DNA of 64,000 nucleotides from Podarcis vaucheri (Eukaryota): NCBI GenBank assembly GCA_965113315.1, contig OZ220369.1. One strand, 5' to 3'. Of this stretch, positions 63,731 through 64,000 are shown one piece after another. The translations under genes and the position numbers were made by a program. The notes under the pieces are model-generated. The model did no database searches and was not told where the DNA came from. It saw only the letters and a program-made list of their open reading frames with translations. The number at the start of each line of letters is the position of its first letter. The stretch's first letter is position 1.

Positions 63731-64000
63731 GCAAAAGGAGGGATGCTATTATGCGACGGTCAGTCGCCTCCAGAACATTCTTGAAGGAAGCCGTTGATGA
63801 ATGATTTAAGCGTCCTTTTTGTGCTTTTCGTTCACAACCTAAGTCTGGAGGTGGCTTTAGCATCCACCAGAGATACTTTTTCTACGTGTTTTAGGAAATT
63901 TTGGGAAATTTGAGGAGGGAAAAAACCCGAGATTTTGTTTCAGGGTGCAAGACACATTGTTGTTGTTATTTAGTCATTTCCGACTCTTCGTGACCCCATG

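Overview
Eukaryotic (vertebrate) genomic DNA, very probably a squamate reptile and most likely a lacertid lizard, judged from the Sauria-type SINE, MIR/Ther1-derived SINE, CR1 and MITE content. The window holds four complete intron-containing protein genes, reconstructed exon by exon from splice sites and reading frame: NQO1 (-, 6 coding exons, 275 aa), NOB1 (-, 9 exons, 423 aa, one GC-AG intron), WWP2 (+, 23 coding exons plus a predicted non-coding first exon, 856 aa) and PSMD7 (-, 7 exons, 322 aa). miR-140 lies in the WWP2 intron after the [11 protein letters not shown] exon. NOB1 and WWP2 share a compact head-to-head CpG-island promoter with ZNF143-type and CLEAR/E-box motifs. I found no unknown gene family, and most six-frame ORFs are exon fragments or GC-rich noise. 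The points worth checking are regulatory or residue-level: (i) repeated inverted SOX-dimer motifs through the WWP2 introns and a candidate internal WWP2-C/pri-miR-140 promoter, bracketed by a convergent CTCF pair; (ii) Gly-to-Arg changes in loop 1 of both WW3 and WW4; (iii) NQO2-like Asn at the NQO1 His161/162 position; (iv) an NQO1 ARE directly beside the TATA box; (v) a candidate PU.1/NF-kB alternative first exon giving an in-frame N-terminal extension; (vi) a two-uORF leader on the predicted WWP2-C mRNA; (vii) a possible ultra-short PSMD7 3'UTR. Comparisons with human proteins and gene structures are from memory, not from a database search.
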